Source: Microthyrium microscopicum
Taxonomy: Eukaryota
Assembly: GCA_010405405.1 (NCBI GenBank)
Contig: MU004231.1
Span: 1,042,153-1,106,152 of the forward strand
Direction of reading: 5' to 3'
Length of the DNA stretch: 64,000 nucleotides
Part shown: positions 51,901-62,972 of the stretch, piece after piece
Layout: every line of letters starts with the position of its first letter
Numbering within the stretch: the stretch's first letter is position 1
Position numbers and translations under genes: made by a program
The notes under the pieces: model-generated
The model's database searches: none
Seen by the model: the letters and a program-made list of their open reading frames with translations, nothing else
Told to the model about the DNA's origin: nothing

Positions 51901-52233
51901 CAAAATAGAGACATTGCTAACCAGCATAGGCCTCTGAACGAGTGTGGACACCGCTGCATGGCCAATTGCCATTCCGAACCATTGCACACGTCTTCCGAGT
52001 GTCATGAGCCGTGCGAGCGGGCTCTTGAGCATTGTGGCCACCCGTGTCGAAAAACATGCGGCGAGCCGTGTGGTCCCTGCACTGTTACCGTCTCGAACGT
52101 GCTCCTTCCTTGTGGCCATATTAAGAACGACCTCCAGTGCTATGCTGCTCAAGACCTGCGCGAAGTCAACCGCATATTCTCCACTCAGCGATGCAGTAAC
52201 ATACCATGCTCACACCGTGGATGCTCTCAATAA
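48939..52233 (+). pseudogene. ZNFX1/Hrr1-like UPF1-type SF1 helicase with NF-X1-like Cys-rich fingers, RIP-damaged
   Basis: One frame with TAG stops at 49263 and 50313. LIQGPPGTRKS (GKS>RKS), CHTNHALDQFLE, CKEAAEVLE (EEA>KEA), LIGDHEQLRP, QRRMRP, TIDNFQGEE, NRINILLSRAKH. After the intron at 51821, CGHRC..CH and CGHPC repeats. Confidence 0.85.
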
Positions 52234-53033
52234 CGGATTGCGGCACGCTCTGAGCGCATTCGACAGCCACTCGTAAATTGCTTCGCCTCTATGTCACCCA
52301 AATGTTTCTTATGCCGCACCACTCTCTCCACCAAGCTTCCAGACGGCTTCGTGGTTTCGTTGATTGTAGGCGGCGCTCGCTCATGAAGGTTATGGCTGTG
52401 GTCTAGCATTGCTTCCTCAGGATTCCGTTTCAACTCCTCTCCTGGCAACTCTGTGATACCTCTTGGAATGTCGCTGTGTCTAGGACGCTCGATGCTTCCA
52501 TTGGATGAAGAAGGCTTTGAAGGCTGGTTGTAGTAGTAGTTGTGATGGTGTATGTTGATGACTAGGTCTTTAGATGTGAGCGTGCTCTCTAGCCTAGTGT
52601 TGACCAACCGTTCCATTGGTTCGGCCTGTCTCTGTGACGTTCGACAATGGTAACACCTTTCGAATGGAAGGAATTCCTGAAGTAAGCCGTTCCCTAGATC
52701 TTGGACGTCTCTTTTGCTGACGTTATTTTGCCTTTTCCGATGTGACACAGGTCCAATGCACTCGTAATGACGGTTCTTGGTGTGACGATTCTTTCGGCTC
52801 GGTTCATCATCAAGATGTCGCTTTTCATATCGACCATTCTTCTCATTGGGTGTACTCCAGTCCGTCAAGAATCTGAGTTCGTCGATACCCTCAAGAATTC
52901 CCTCGACTCGATCGGCTCGCAAGCCGTGAATGATTTTTCTGACTGATCTTCGAAGAATTCGCAGGTTGCTATCGGCCACGCCGCGCTTCGGGGCATATTG
53001 GTTGTCACGGTTGAAGACCGACGTCCTGCTCAT
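52227..53033 (-). CDS. Orphan CxxC / LVINIHH protein, 268 aa
   Basis: Intact ATG ORF; LPFERCYHC...DLVINIHHHNYY...ITELPG. Confidence 0.6.
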   Translation of the reverse strand: MSRTSVFNRDNQYAPKRGVADSNLRILRRSVRKIIHGLRADRVEGILEGIDELRFLTDWSTPNEKNGRYEKRHLDDEPSRKNRHTKNRHYECIGPVSHRKRQNNVSKRDVQDLGNGLLQEFLPFERCYHCRTSQRQAEPMERLVNTRLESTLTSKDLVINIHHHNYYYNQPSKPSSSNGSIERPRHSDIPRGITELPGEELKRNPEEAMLDHSHNLHERAPPTINETTKPSGSLVERVVRHKKHLGDIEAKQFTSGCRMRSERAAIRY

Positions 53034-54058
53034 TTTAAGAGAATCGAGTAAGGCTGCCCCAGCTTTCTTTTAGTGCGATGGCCTATTCATGCCGTGGAGA
53101 ACACTCACATAAACGCCCGTGGATCAGGCGGCGGATGCTAGCACGACATGATAAATTGGCTAAGGATGCACATATATATCCACAGTCAGCAAAGTTCGTC
53201 TCGGCTATGTTGGTAAGAGCAGTCCACAAAAGCTCTGCAGGCGTATACCAATATGCCGCGTGTTGATGAGCTGCGCCATCAGCTCGGCTGGAGGCGTTTG
53301 CTTAGATGGATGCATTGAGTGAGAGGTGGATTTCCTGGTAGGCAAAAGGCTCAGAGGGGGCTTGGGCTTCCCAAGACTTCATCGTGCACGCATCCTGGAT
53401 TCACCGGTGACAAGACATACAACGCGGCCCTGAAAAGAGCAGTGTACCGCACGAGGGCGATGACCGACTCCAGGATATGCGGCCTCGTTCGTCCTGGGTT
53501 GGGTGTCCTGTGAGAACATATCGTTCAGATGACCTTGGGGCTCCCTTGTTGTGCTACGAGGCTGACGGGTTCATGATGAGCAGTTGTGGCAGCGACATGA
53601 ATCACCTGAAGCCCAACGAAGTGCATGAACAGATCAGCGTCAATGACAGTCTCACTTGACCTGAGGCGAAGCAGCGTCTCCTTGAAAAGCATGACACGTA
53701 GTACTAGTATACAAGAGGCGCAATCGCCTCTGCAGCACGGAATGACCCAGGAGTCTGCCACTGGGAGCTGGATATGTGCCAAAACCCGGTCATTACACGA
53801 AACATCGCCAGCCACTGAACCGTCACGAGAAGGAGGTGTCATCTAGCACTGCCGAGCATCTATGGACTCCAATGATAGTCAGGCACGTAATGAAGCCTCT
53901 GTGCATGTATTGGTATATATGCCTTCTTCTCACCTGTGATGCATGAAGTCCATCTCGTTCACGGAATACTTCAACTACCACTCTTGATTCCTGCCTTCTT
54001 CTTTGTGTGCTGAACTTCCTCGCCAGCGGAACTCTGCCTTCATTCTCGCTGTCTCACT

Positions 54059-54891
54059 ATGTGTCTCGCTACAGTTGCAACTTGTGGCCATTGCCAGCAA
54101 GAATCCTGCTGCGCGGTCAATATCTGCGCTGAAGCGAAACGATTGGGAATGATACATATTGCCAAGTCCATTCCAGAGAATCGCCCGACCATTGAAATCG
54201 CAAATACTCAAACAGATAATCCTTTCCTCAAGGTTTACCCGGTAATGGAACAAGAGCGCATTCAAGTCTCGCGCTGCAGTCATTGCGACGGGACGTCTGT
54301 TTTGAAGCAAGGACTTTTGCGTGCGGAAGAGGCCCAGCAACAGCCCGCTACAAATGATTTGGCGAACGCTTTGGACGCATTCTTCGGCTTTGACGTGAAC
54401 CGTAAGTGGTGTGCCGAGTTGATAAGCAATCTGCTAATAAATCAGTATTGCGCTTGATTCTACCAAAGCTAAATGAGCTTTCACATCATACGAACTGGCT
54501 GAGGAGAGAGAACATGGCCCTGAAAAAGGACAGTCTGATCCTCAAGAAGTGTCTTGATATCCATAGAAGAGATATCTATCAGCTCAAAGGTTCTCAGATC
54601 TTCCGGCATGTTGGAGAGCATGATGATAGACTTGATGAGGTTGATGAAGAGCTTGACGATTTAAAGGCAATACTTGAGAAGCATTCAAAGAGAATTCAAC
54701 ATTATGAGGACTTGGAGAATGCAAAGGAGAACATACGAACTGATGATTGGAAAGCAACACTTGAAAATCACTCAAAGAGGATTGAACAGCTTGAATGCCT
54801 AGAAGGCGCAATGGAGAAGATGAAAATTGATGAGGCCAAGACAGACGCGACCGATGAGGTAGAGTGGGAACATGCTAGTTTCATGGAATGA
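54059..54891 (+). CDS. Cys-rich N-terminus plus coiled-coil protein (exons 54059-54401, 54446-54891)
   Basis: MCLATVATCGHC...CSHC. Intron GTAAGT...GCTAAT...CAG joins the two ORFs in frame. Duplicated LKAILEKHSKRIQ / WKATLENHSKRIE. Confidence 0.7.
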
Positions 54892-55087
54892 CCAGATGCG
54901 CGCATCATGTTATTTGAGCTTTGGGAGGCGGAAGATGTTGTCTAGTTACTTATGGGAGTTTGGCATCTAAATGGCAGTTGATTTGAACAGTACTATGCTT
55001 CACCGGGCTCGGCTGCCTCAGGCCATCCCCTCATTCTCTCCTTGCCCAACTTCAGCCGCTCAGGGCCAACACCAACACAAAATTTCA

Positions 55088-58000
55088 TCAGCTGAGTTTG
55101 AGGAGTTTTCTTGCACTTTGTGGCACCTCAGAATCGTTTTCGTTACTGCCGTTTCCGTTGCTGCCTTTGCCATTGCTATCGTTGCCATTGTTAAGTTCCC
55201 ACTTTGGAATCAAGTATAGTGTATTCTCGCCATCTGCAATGGCATCCTCAAAACACGTCCCTACCTTTACCATTCGCTCATCTTTGGTATATGTGTATAT
55301 AGGTTCATGCTTCCTCATATATTTTACCACAAATCGCTCAAGCTCACTCGTGTCGGAAGGGTCTACGGAAAGAGTTTGTAGTAATCTCCATTTTCCGTGA
55401 TCCCTAATTTTGAAATGTATATCAACCGGCCGTTGTGTTGGTGTTTTCAGATTCGACGTGGAGGTTGAGGTGTCTCCTGCTGCTACAGCCTGAAGCTCCT
55501 GGGGAATGGCCTGCTCACCTATGTCTTCTTGGATCTGCGGCACCGAAGCTGAACTGCGACTTTCTGCCGTTTGTTGAGTCACCGATTCCGCGAGCTTGCT
55601 GAAATCAATCCTCGTCGCTCGCTTTCGGTTCTTTTGAATCGCGCTAGGAGAACTTGTAGTCTGCTTCTTGTCACTTTTGTCTCTTGCAGGGTTCGGTTGC
55701 TAATTGCCGCGCTCCTCTGCTTTTTTCTTCCTCTTTTGCTCCATCCTTGTGAGCCTCTCCTGTTCGACTTTCTGCCTTTCTTGTTCAAGTCGCAATAGCT
55801 CGAGCCTTTCGTCCTCCTCCTGCCTCTCTTGTTCAAGCCGTACTTGCTCGAGCCTGTCCTGCTCGGCCTGCCTCTCTTGTTCAAGCCGTACTTGCTCGAG
55901 CCTGTCCTGCTCNNNNNNNNNNNNNNNNNNNNNNNNNNNNNNNNNNNNNNNNNNNNNNNNNNNNNNNNNNNNNNNNNNNNNNNNNNNNNNNNNNNNNNNN
56001 NNNNNNNNNNNNNNNNNNNNNNNNNNNNNNNNNNNNNNNNNNNNNNNNNNNNNNNNNNNNNNNNNNNNNNNNNNNNNNNNNNNNNNNCTCTCTTGTTCAA
56101 GCCGTACTTGCTCGAGCCTGTCCTGCTCGGCCTGCCTCTCTTGTTCAAGCCGCAATTGCTCAAGCCTGTCCTGCTCCTTCTGCTTCTCTTGTTCAAGCCT
56201 TACTTGCTCGAGCCTCTCTTCTTCGGCTTTCTGCCTCTCTTGTTCAAGCCGCACTTGCTCAAGCCTCACTTGCTCAAGCCTTTGCCTTTCTTGCTCTTCA
56301 CGCCTTTTCTGTTCGAGTCTCCCCTGTTCCTCCCTTGCTAATCGTGCTCTCCATTGCTCCTGCTCTTGTCTATTCTGTTCCACCAGTCTTCCCTGCTCTT
56401 CCTCAATAAGTTTCTCAAGCTTCTCGCGTAAGGCGCGATTAGGCTTTCCAAAGAAAGCAAAATACACAGATCGTCGGATAAAGAAAGAGGTTACTTCATC
56501 ACTTTAATCCTCGCGAATGCTGTATAACTTCTCTAGAAACAGGGACGATTTGTCAGCTCTATATATCCCGGTCTGTAGGATTCCTTTTCTTTTCAGTGTC
56601 TTCAGGTAGCCTTCGAAATCCATCATAGTTTCGTCCTCTCTTTTTTCGGCCGTAGAGAAGAATCTGACCATCTATTCCACGAAGTTTGCAAAAGCGGCAT
56701 CATCATATTTATATCGGGTTGGGTCCCGAGCCTTAAGAAGAGCTTTACGAGCAATCTCCTCATCAAGGAAACGCTAAATCTAGTAACGAATCTCCTCAGA
56801 CTCAAATCCTAGACGGTAGGCAAGAGAGGCGAACTCGCACCCAATGCGTTCGTTTGGTTAACTCCTCAGTTTTGCTACCAGACTGTCATCCTCTTTCTCA
56901 AGGAGCATTTCGAGGTAATCACGCATAGCGCTAATCCATATCTGCAAGACTCCCAGTTCAAGTCGATCTAACCTGTTTCCTGGTATTGATATAAAAGTTG
57001 ATCCCAATCGCTGAATGATGCACCAGTCAGTCTCTTGATTGCCATCTAAGAAGATCCTTTCCAGGGCAGATGGCACAGTTTCATCCGGCCATAGTTCCAC
57101 CAGGGCTTTCACACAATCGGCTAGACCTTTCAAATAGTAAACATCTACGAAAAAGCTTAAGAGAGACAGAATTAGACGGTCGGTCGTCTCAGATAGTATA
57201 TCTGTCCATATTGCTTCGCGTTCTCGCTCGGTAAACGCGCCGAATATTTTACCGTCTCGCAATTAACCGTATAGAGATAGGCGATCTGACCTGCAAGCGC
57301 CAGGGGCTTTAAGCTCAAGAGCTTTCACGTCAGCCCGACTCACCTTTAGCATCGCTTGCCTATCTCCTCGAAAGATTTTCGTCCAGAATTCCCTAATGTT
57401 GTCATCCAGATAGGATAGCATCAACTAAAAGGTCAGTACATCCACGTAGTCATCCGGAAGAAGTCTTACCTCATGGCATTTCATCCCGAAAACCTTGTGC
57501 GTTAAGCCCAAGCTCATTCCTCCCCCAAGCCCAGGGACGTCCAGCTGAATGTCGAACGCTGCCCTGAAGTCAGGATTTCGGATAATCTGCTTCATATTAT
57601 CGGATTTATGGCTAGATATTCCATGCAAAAGAGCCCACCATCGGCTTTCAAAGTACGGGTTCCCTCCACCTCCATATCCTTGGTATTCTCGGATTTTGCG
57701 GTATATCTCGCCATCATCCGGTTTTTTTTCACATGAATATTCTTCAATCAGGGTTGTCTTGAGATCGTCACTAAGATCTGTATATACTTGGTGAGATATG
57801 TACGCAGGTTCGGAGATGGGAGCATACCTGAATCATACAAGTCGACCGTCCATCGTGTGGTTCCACGAGAAGCTTTAGCCGCAAGAGCTCGATGCTGGCC
57901 ACGGAGGCAACTCAGAAGGAATCCAGCTGTGAATTCAAGCTGCAGGTGTCCATCACGCGCTTCAAGCAGTGCTTCCGATGAGATATTCGAACGCTCCAGT

Positions 58001-58242
58001 GCGGCATCTAGCTGGTCCTGTCGTATCACAGCAGGAATGTGGTTGAAAATATCCCAATCACGACAACCTTTCTGCTTTTTGAACAGTTTCTCGAGCCTTT
58101 CGGTATTCTTTTCGTCTTCGTCTCTTATCTTTTTGAATGGAAAGTCCAGGACCGCAATATCAACGCTTGCTGTGCCTCTGAACTTGGTACTGAGCTCTTC
58201 GGCAAGCCTTCGCTCCTGTTCAACAAATCGTCGCCGTGACAT
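55088..58242 (-). pseudogene. DUF3723-type Starship-associated protein with E/Q/R coiled-coil repeat; several RIP stops
   Basis: KFRGTASV...NTERLEKLF..GC....NHIPAVI...LSCLRGQHRA...WTVDLY, EYSCEKKPDDGEIYRKIREY, LELKAPG, FAYRLGFES, YFAFFG. Frame continues through TAA/TAG into ORFs 55700 and 55088. Confidence 0.8.
55775..56290 (-). repeat. 48-bp coding tandem repeat (EQERQAEQDRLEQVRL)n spanning the assembly gap 55913-56087
   Basis: ctgcctctcttgttcaagccgtacttgctcgagcctgtcctgctcggc is repeated on both sides of the gap. Confidence 0.85.
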
Positions 58243-58333
58243 CTGGACATCAACGTTCAAAAGTACAATGACTCCGAGCTACTCCTTCCATAAGCACGAT
58301 ATAAAGCTCACTCTTCCTACCCAACGACCAGCC

Positions 58334-58365
58334 CTTAGGGGGGTCCAAAACCGGGACCCCCTAAG
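58334..58365. promoter_or_regulatory. Extended near-perfect dyad in the divergent DUF3723/pseudokinase promoter
   Basis: cttaggggggtcc-aaaaccg-ggaccccctaag. Confidence 0.7.
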
Positions 58366-58465
58366 ATGGCTTTTTAGGATCGCTCGAGCCCAGTTCTCTA
58401 AGCCTCTAGCTAGCTATTCTATATTCTCTACCGGTCACGTAGCACCGCCAAATATCAATTTCGCG

Positions 58466-59697
58466 ATGGATTCTCTCTCTGAAAAACGGCGAACACAGAT
58501 AGACTTCAGAAGACTAAGACCCGGTCCACGCCCCCAAAACAGCGTGCCCCTCGGGAACATTAAAGAGCTTAGAGATGAAGAGGAATATCATCGTATTAAC
58601 GATTCAAGGCTCAAAGAAAGTCCCGTAAACATTTTACACCGGAAGATAACTCAAGAGATTGGAGTAGCTCGTACCACAAACTCGAAAGAAGTTAAGCTTC
58701 CCGAAGTTACCCCATCCGGCGTCAGTGATCATGAGTATTTGAAACCAGCATTTGACTCCCCGTGGCAGAAGTACGAAAAGTTACATGACATTCGACTTGG
58801 GGCGGATAACCTCTACGTCACAGTGGCCGATCGCAAAGATACACACTGGAAGTCCAAGACGCGAAATGATCCTTTCCTAACCCTGGCCTTGGTGAGGAGT
58901 TTCGTAGGATCGAACTTTGAAAATAAGATTCGGGAGTTTCAGCAGATACAGCACGTGGGCATCGTCTCGGTCCTTGAGATTTTTAGGTCTCAGAGCTCTG
59001 ACGAAACTCATCACGTCGTTTTCGAATACATGGCGTATTCCCTCCACTACGTTGCCGGTAATCCTCTCCTTGATGAGAAACGGCTGGCTGCTATAGTCGC
59101 ACAGGTAAGATGTCCCTAGCGAGTAGCTATCCTCGAAGTAACTGACAGCAACAGATCATCCATGTGTTCAAATACCTGTCATCATTACAGGCATTGGATC
59201 ATGGTTCGTTGACTTGCGCTAAGCACGGGCTGTTGACCTGCTCAAGCATCCTCATTCATCCATGCGGAGATGTCAAAATTCGTCACCCACTCCTATCAAA
59301 TCATTTGTCTCCCGAAGAACGCGCCATTAGCAAGGAATGTTGTGAATTGCGACCTCATAGCAACATAGAATCTCGATACATCAGAGCATTAGGCATGACT
59401 ATTATGGAGTTGATGCAAGGCTACCCCAGAGAGGACGGAGCTGTTGGTGTCGAAGATCTATATCGTTGGCCGTCTGACTGCAACGCTGTCAGTTTCCTCT
59501 CTACAACAGTTACCGCCACTTCATTGCTTGAATTGACAAAGGTAAGTCGATTCTACCAATCAAGCCCCAGTTTGTACCAGTCTAATGTTCCGTAGCATCC
59601 GCTGTTGCGCCTGCCTTGGCGGAAGGAAATGCTCCAAGGGCTGGTGGCTTTCGTGTCCGTAGGGACCCGCATCGGCACCAGGTATCCATCTAAATAA
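58466..59697 (+). CDS. Protein kinase-like fold protein, probable pseudokinase (exons ~58466-59104, 59155-59541, 59596-59697)
   Basis: SPWQKY, IQHVGIVSVLEIF, HVVFEYMAYSL, HGLLTCSSILIHPCGDVKI, IRALGMTIMELM, HPLL. No HRD or DFG. Confidence 0.7.
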
Positions 59698-59805
59698 TAA
59701 GACAGAATTGCTTAAACTCAATCGAAGTTTGCCACATTCGTTACGTATCAATATCACGGAACGACTTCTAAAGTGTGCCGCAAGTCGTTTGGCTAGGTGC
59801 GAGGG

Positions 59806-59859
59806 TGTCCAAAACCGGGCCCCTTTACTTCACGGCACTCATGGTCCCAAATCTGGACC
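59806..59859. promoter_or_regulatory. Two dyads upstream of the FRE-like gene
   Basis: tgtcc-aaaaccg-ggccc and ggtcc-caaatct-ggacc. Confidence 0.65.
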
Positions 59860-59948
59860 CCCTGACATGCCTAAGCTCCAAAGCGTATATTTCCCATGTC
59901 AACCTCTGTTTTCATGTCCTATGATCATACTGACCCTTCCTCTCAATT

Positions 59949-61739
59949 ATGGATGTTACACAGGCGTATGCTATAGCCGCTGGCTGTGGCCTTTTCTGCC
60001 TTCTGCTCTTCAGAACCCGTCATTTGATGAAGTCGCTCTTGAAAACCGTAGAACTCAGAACTTCACAATTTCTCATCTACCCGCAGCTGGTTCGTCGGCA
60101 CCGATACCTTGGTCCTTGGAGTTGGGCTGGATTGTTGGTACCGGCCGGTTATATCGCCGTAAACATGTTTTGCGTTGGCTTCAAAGCCTCATCTCTGCGC
60201 GTGGCCAGCTTACGAGCTGCGGATCTGGCCTTGATTAACTTGATACCAGCCTTCGCCAGTCTTCACTTGAACTTTCCAGCGGATGTACTTGGGCTGACAC
60301 TGAAAACATATCGTAGATTCCATCGTGTACTTGGAGCCATGTCATGTTGCCTGCTAGCCTTTCACGTGTTTACCAGCTTAGCCAGCAGAACACCCTTCCC
60401 CTTGGACCAAATGGAGAATCTATGGGGGCTCATTGTAAGCATTTCATCTCCCATTACTCATCAAAATCTAACCTATGACAGGGAGCTTCATCTGTCGGTC
60501 TCCTCTTTCTCCTTTCTACACCTTTTCTTCGCAGATTATTCTACGAAGTTTACCTCCGTATCCATCAGTTACTAGCTGTCCTTCTCATGTATTCGATTTG
60601 GCAGCACTTGCGGCTGAAACTATGGCCTGAACAGTTTCATCCCCCTCAACTGTACGTCTATATTTCAGTATGGACATTTCTCGTCCTGTCACTTCTCCAA
60701 TTTGGGGCAATAATCTACAGAAATTGGCCAGTACGCTCGGCATATTCCCGAGCTTATATCTCTCACGTCGATGATACGGTCAAGATACGCTTGAAACTAT
60801 CTCGACATTTGAGAGTTGAACCAGGGCAATATATCTCTTTGTGGATGCCGACGATGAGCTTTTGGTCTTTTCTGCAAAGTCATCCGTTTACGGTAACTTC
60901 GTGGGCAGAAGGAAAGCAGGACTCGTTAGATCTCCTCATAGAACCCCGCGGAGGCTTCACACAAAGACTTCTTCTCAATAGCAAAGCGGCTCGAAAAGCT
61001 GGGGGCAGACTTCAACCACGTCTAGCTCTGTTCACCGGCCCGTATGGGACTAGTGCGTCCGTTAATCGATACGAGACGGTCGTCATGGTAGCTAGTGGTT
61101 TTGGCATAGCTGGGCAGCTACCTTACCTCAAGAAACTGATATACGGGTACAACACTTGCACAACTAGAACTCGACGAGTCCATCTGGTGTGGCAATTGGA
61201 AACGATTGGTAAGCCTCCAAACTCATCCATTGCGAAAACCTAACTCACATTGGTAGACATTGGAATTGCAGCACAATCCTACCTGAACGACGCTTTAACA
61301 GACGATCTGTTAGATGACGGCAATGTAAGCAACACAGATTATATCGATAACATACGTACTGACGAGAGCTAGATCCTTGGCATCTCGATATATATCAAGA
61401 TTGGGAAACTAGACAGTGCTTCCTGGGGACGCCGTGCTGTGTGGTATAATGGATCTGCAGATCTTCGCGCGATCTTACAAGATGAGATGTCAGGGAAGTA
61501 CATCAATAGGATGCAAGGTGAGGAACGAGGATCAATGCTAGTCATAGGTAAGTGTGCAACCAACTCAATTGACAAACTACTAATGCCGTATAGCTTCGGC
61601 AACGGATGAAATGAGAGACAATCTACGGGAAATAGTCCGTGGTCATTTGAAAGACAAAGTCCGCCTACTGGAACTAGAATACCAGCCGGTGACATCGGAA
61701 AGCGTAGCATCAAAGGCCACGGAAAAGTCATGGCGGTGA
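59949..61739 (+). CDS. Ferric reductase / NADPH-oxidase-like membrane flavocytochrome (Starship FRE type), multi-exon, apparently intact
   Basis: Heme His pairs RFHRVLG...AFHV and YEVYLRIHQ...WQHL; FAD motifs PGQY and QSHPFTV; NADPH motifs GPYG and VASGFGIA; C-terminal ELEYQP. Confidence 0.85.
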
Positions 61740-62105
61740 TTAATGGGAAGGCAATGAACCGCGATAGCTAGCTTGATTGTTTGATTTGTCAGTCTTCGTA
61801 GGTAACCAATTAGTTCGATCCTAGAATGTAATGTGCAAGTCCATGTTGTTCGCAAACCTTTGTGCTCCAGATACTAGTCTAGCGATGATGCCGTTTCTAC
61901 TACCGTGATTCACTGTAACGATAGGATTTCAGATTGATCGTAACTTCTCTACTGTACTGCAGGGTCCAGTTTCGGACCACTCGGGATAAACGTGGTTATG
62001 GTGGCGAAGCCAGGCTTGACAGTTCGCGGTCTTGGCATTCAAAAGGGGCCGAAACTGGGACCACCTCCACGATATAAAAAAATCCGTGTTCTTTCAATAA
62101 TGCGG

Positions 62106-62216
62106 TCAAATCAAATCAAAGCCTTGAAATGCATAGAACAACACATAAGCTAGCCAGATTGCAATAATGCATAAGGAAACTACTAGAGGAAGTAAACCAA
62201 CCGAATGAGTAAACAT
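62106..62216 (-). CDS. Putative 36-aa single-TM micro-protein
   Basis: MFTHSVGLLPLVVSLCIIAIWLAYVLFYAFQGFDLI*. Confidence 0.35.
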   Translation of the reverse strand: MFTHSVGLLPLVVSLCIIAIWLAYVLFYAFQGFDLI

Positions 62217-62276
62217 AGAGATGTGAACGAGATGTGAACGAGTCGACGGAGCTTCGCGAGTTGAAGCTGAGTCGGG

Positions 62277-62550
62277 CTCTCCACGGAGCTCCTCTCTCCT
62301 CGAAGAGTCTCTCCACAGAGATATTCTCTCCTTGAAGATCATCTCTCCTCGGCTGTTCTCTCCATGGAGAGAGTCTCTCCTTGGAGAATCTCTCCGCAGA
62401 GCTCTTCTCTCCACGGAGAGGTCTCTCCACGGAGAGGATCTCTCCACGAAGACATTCCCTCCTCGGAGACGTCTGTCCACGGAGAGAGTCTCTCCACGAA
62501 GAATCTCTCTCCATGAAGAATCTCTCCACGGACCTCATCCCTCCATGGCG
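62277..62550. repeat. Array of ~16 degenerate palindromic CTCTCC-AC-GGAGAG units (15-18 bp)
   Basis: tctctccacggagag and variants, head to tail. Confidence 0.85.
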
Positions 62551-62972
62551 ATCTATCATGTCATCATTCTCACGAGTACGCTTGATATCCGCTTATAAAC
62601 AATCTTTTGCCTTGCACATCTCCAGTCCAATCCGAGTCTCATTTATCTGCTGTTCAGCAAAATTATGACACCGCGCGATCGCGAGCTTGCTAAGTATGGT
62701 GAACCACAGAATCCCTGAATTGGATCAGGTCAAGTCATGCAGCTATTCGGAGTTCTGTAACCTTGAGGCTGCGGAATTAGCTAGCACTATCTATTTAGCC
62801 AGTTGGGGTTCTAATTGTGTCTCTTTTCCAATTGCTTCTTGGGTTTCTGCTTATAACATGCTAAAGCACCGGAGATGGGATTGCGCACTGAAATGCTAGT
62901 ATTGATCTCATTGAAAATATTTCGATACACGTGTAACACCTGAAACTCCCACCCTAGCAATTTATCTATAGA

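Noticed and set aside
53078..53846. Cluster of short ORFs
   Set aside because: No coherent gene model or recognisable motif could be built.
55704..56507. Ser/Cys/Leu-rich + strand ORFs
   Set aside because: Antisense shadows of the E/Q/R repeat.
57788..58465. N-terminal 226 aa of the 443-aa ORF 57788-59119
   Set aside because: It is antisense to DUF3723 exon 1 and runs through the palindromic promoter. The likely start is ATG 58466.
62277..62550. CRISPR-like array
   Set aside because: Eukaryotic context, units are short and degenerate, and there are no unique 25-40-bp spacers or cas genes.
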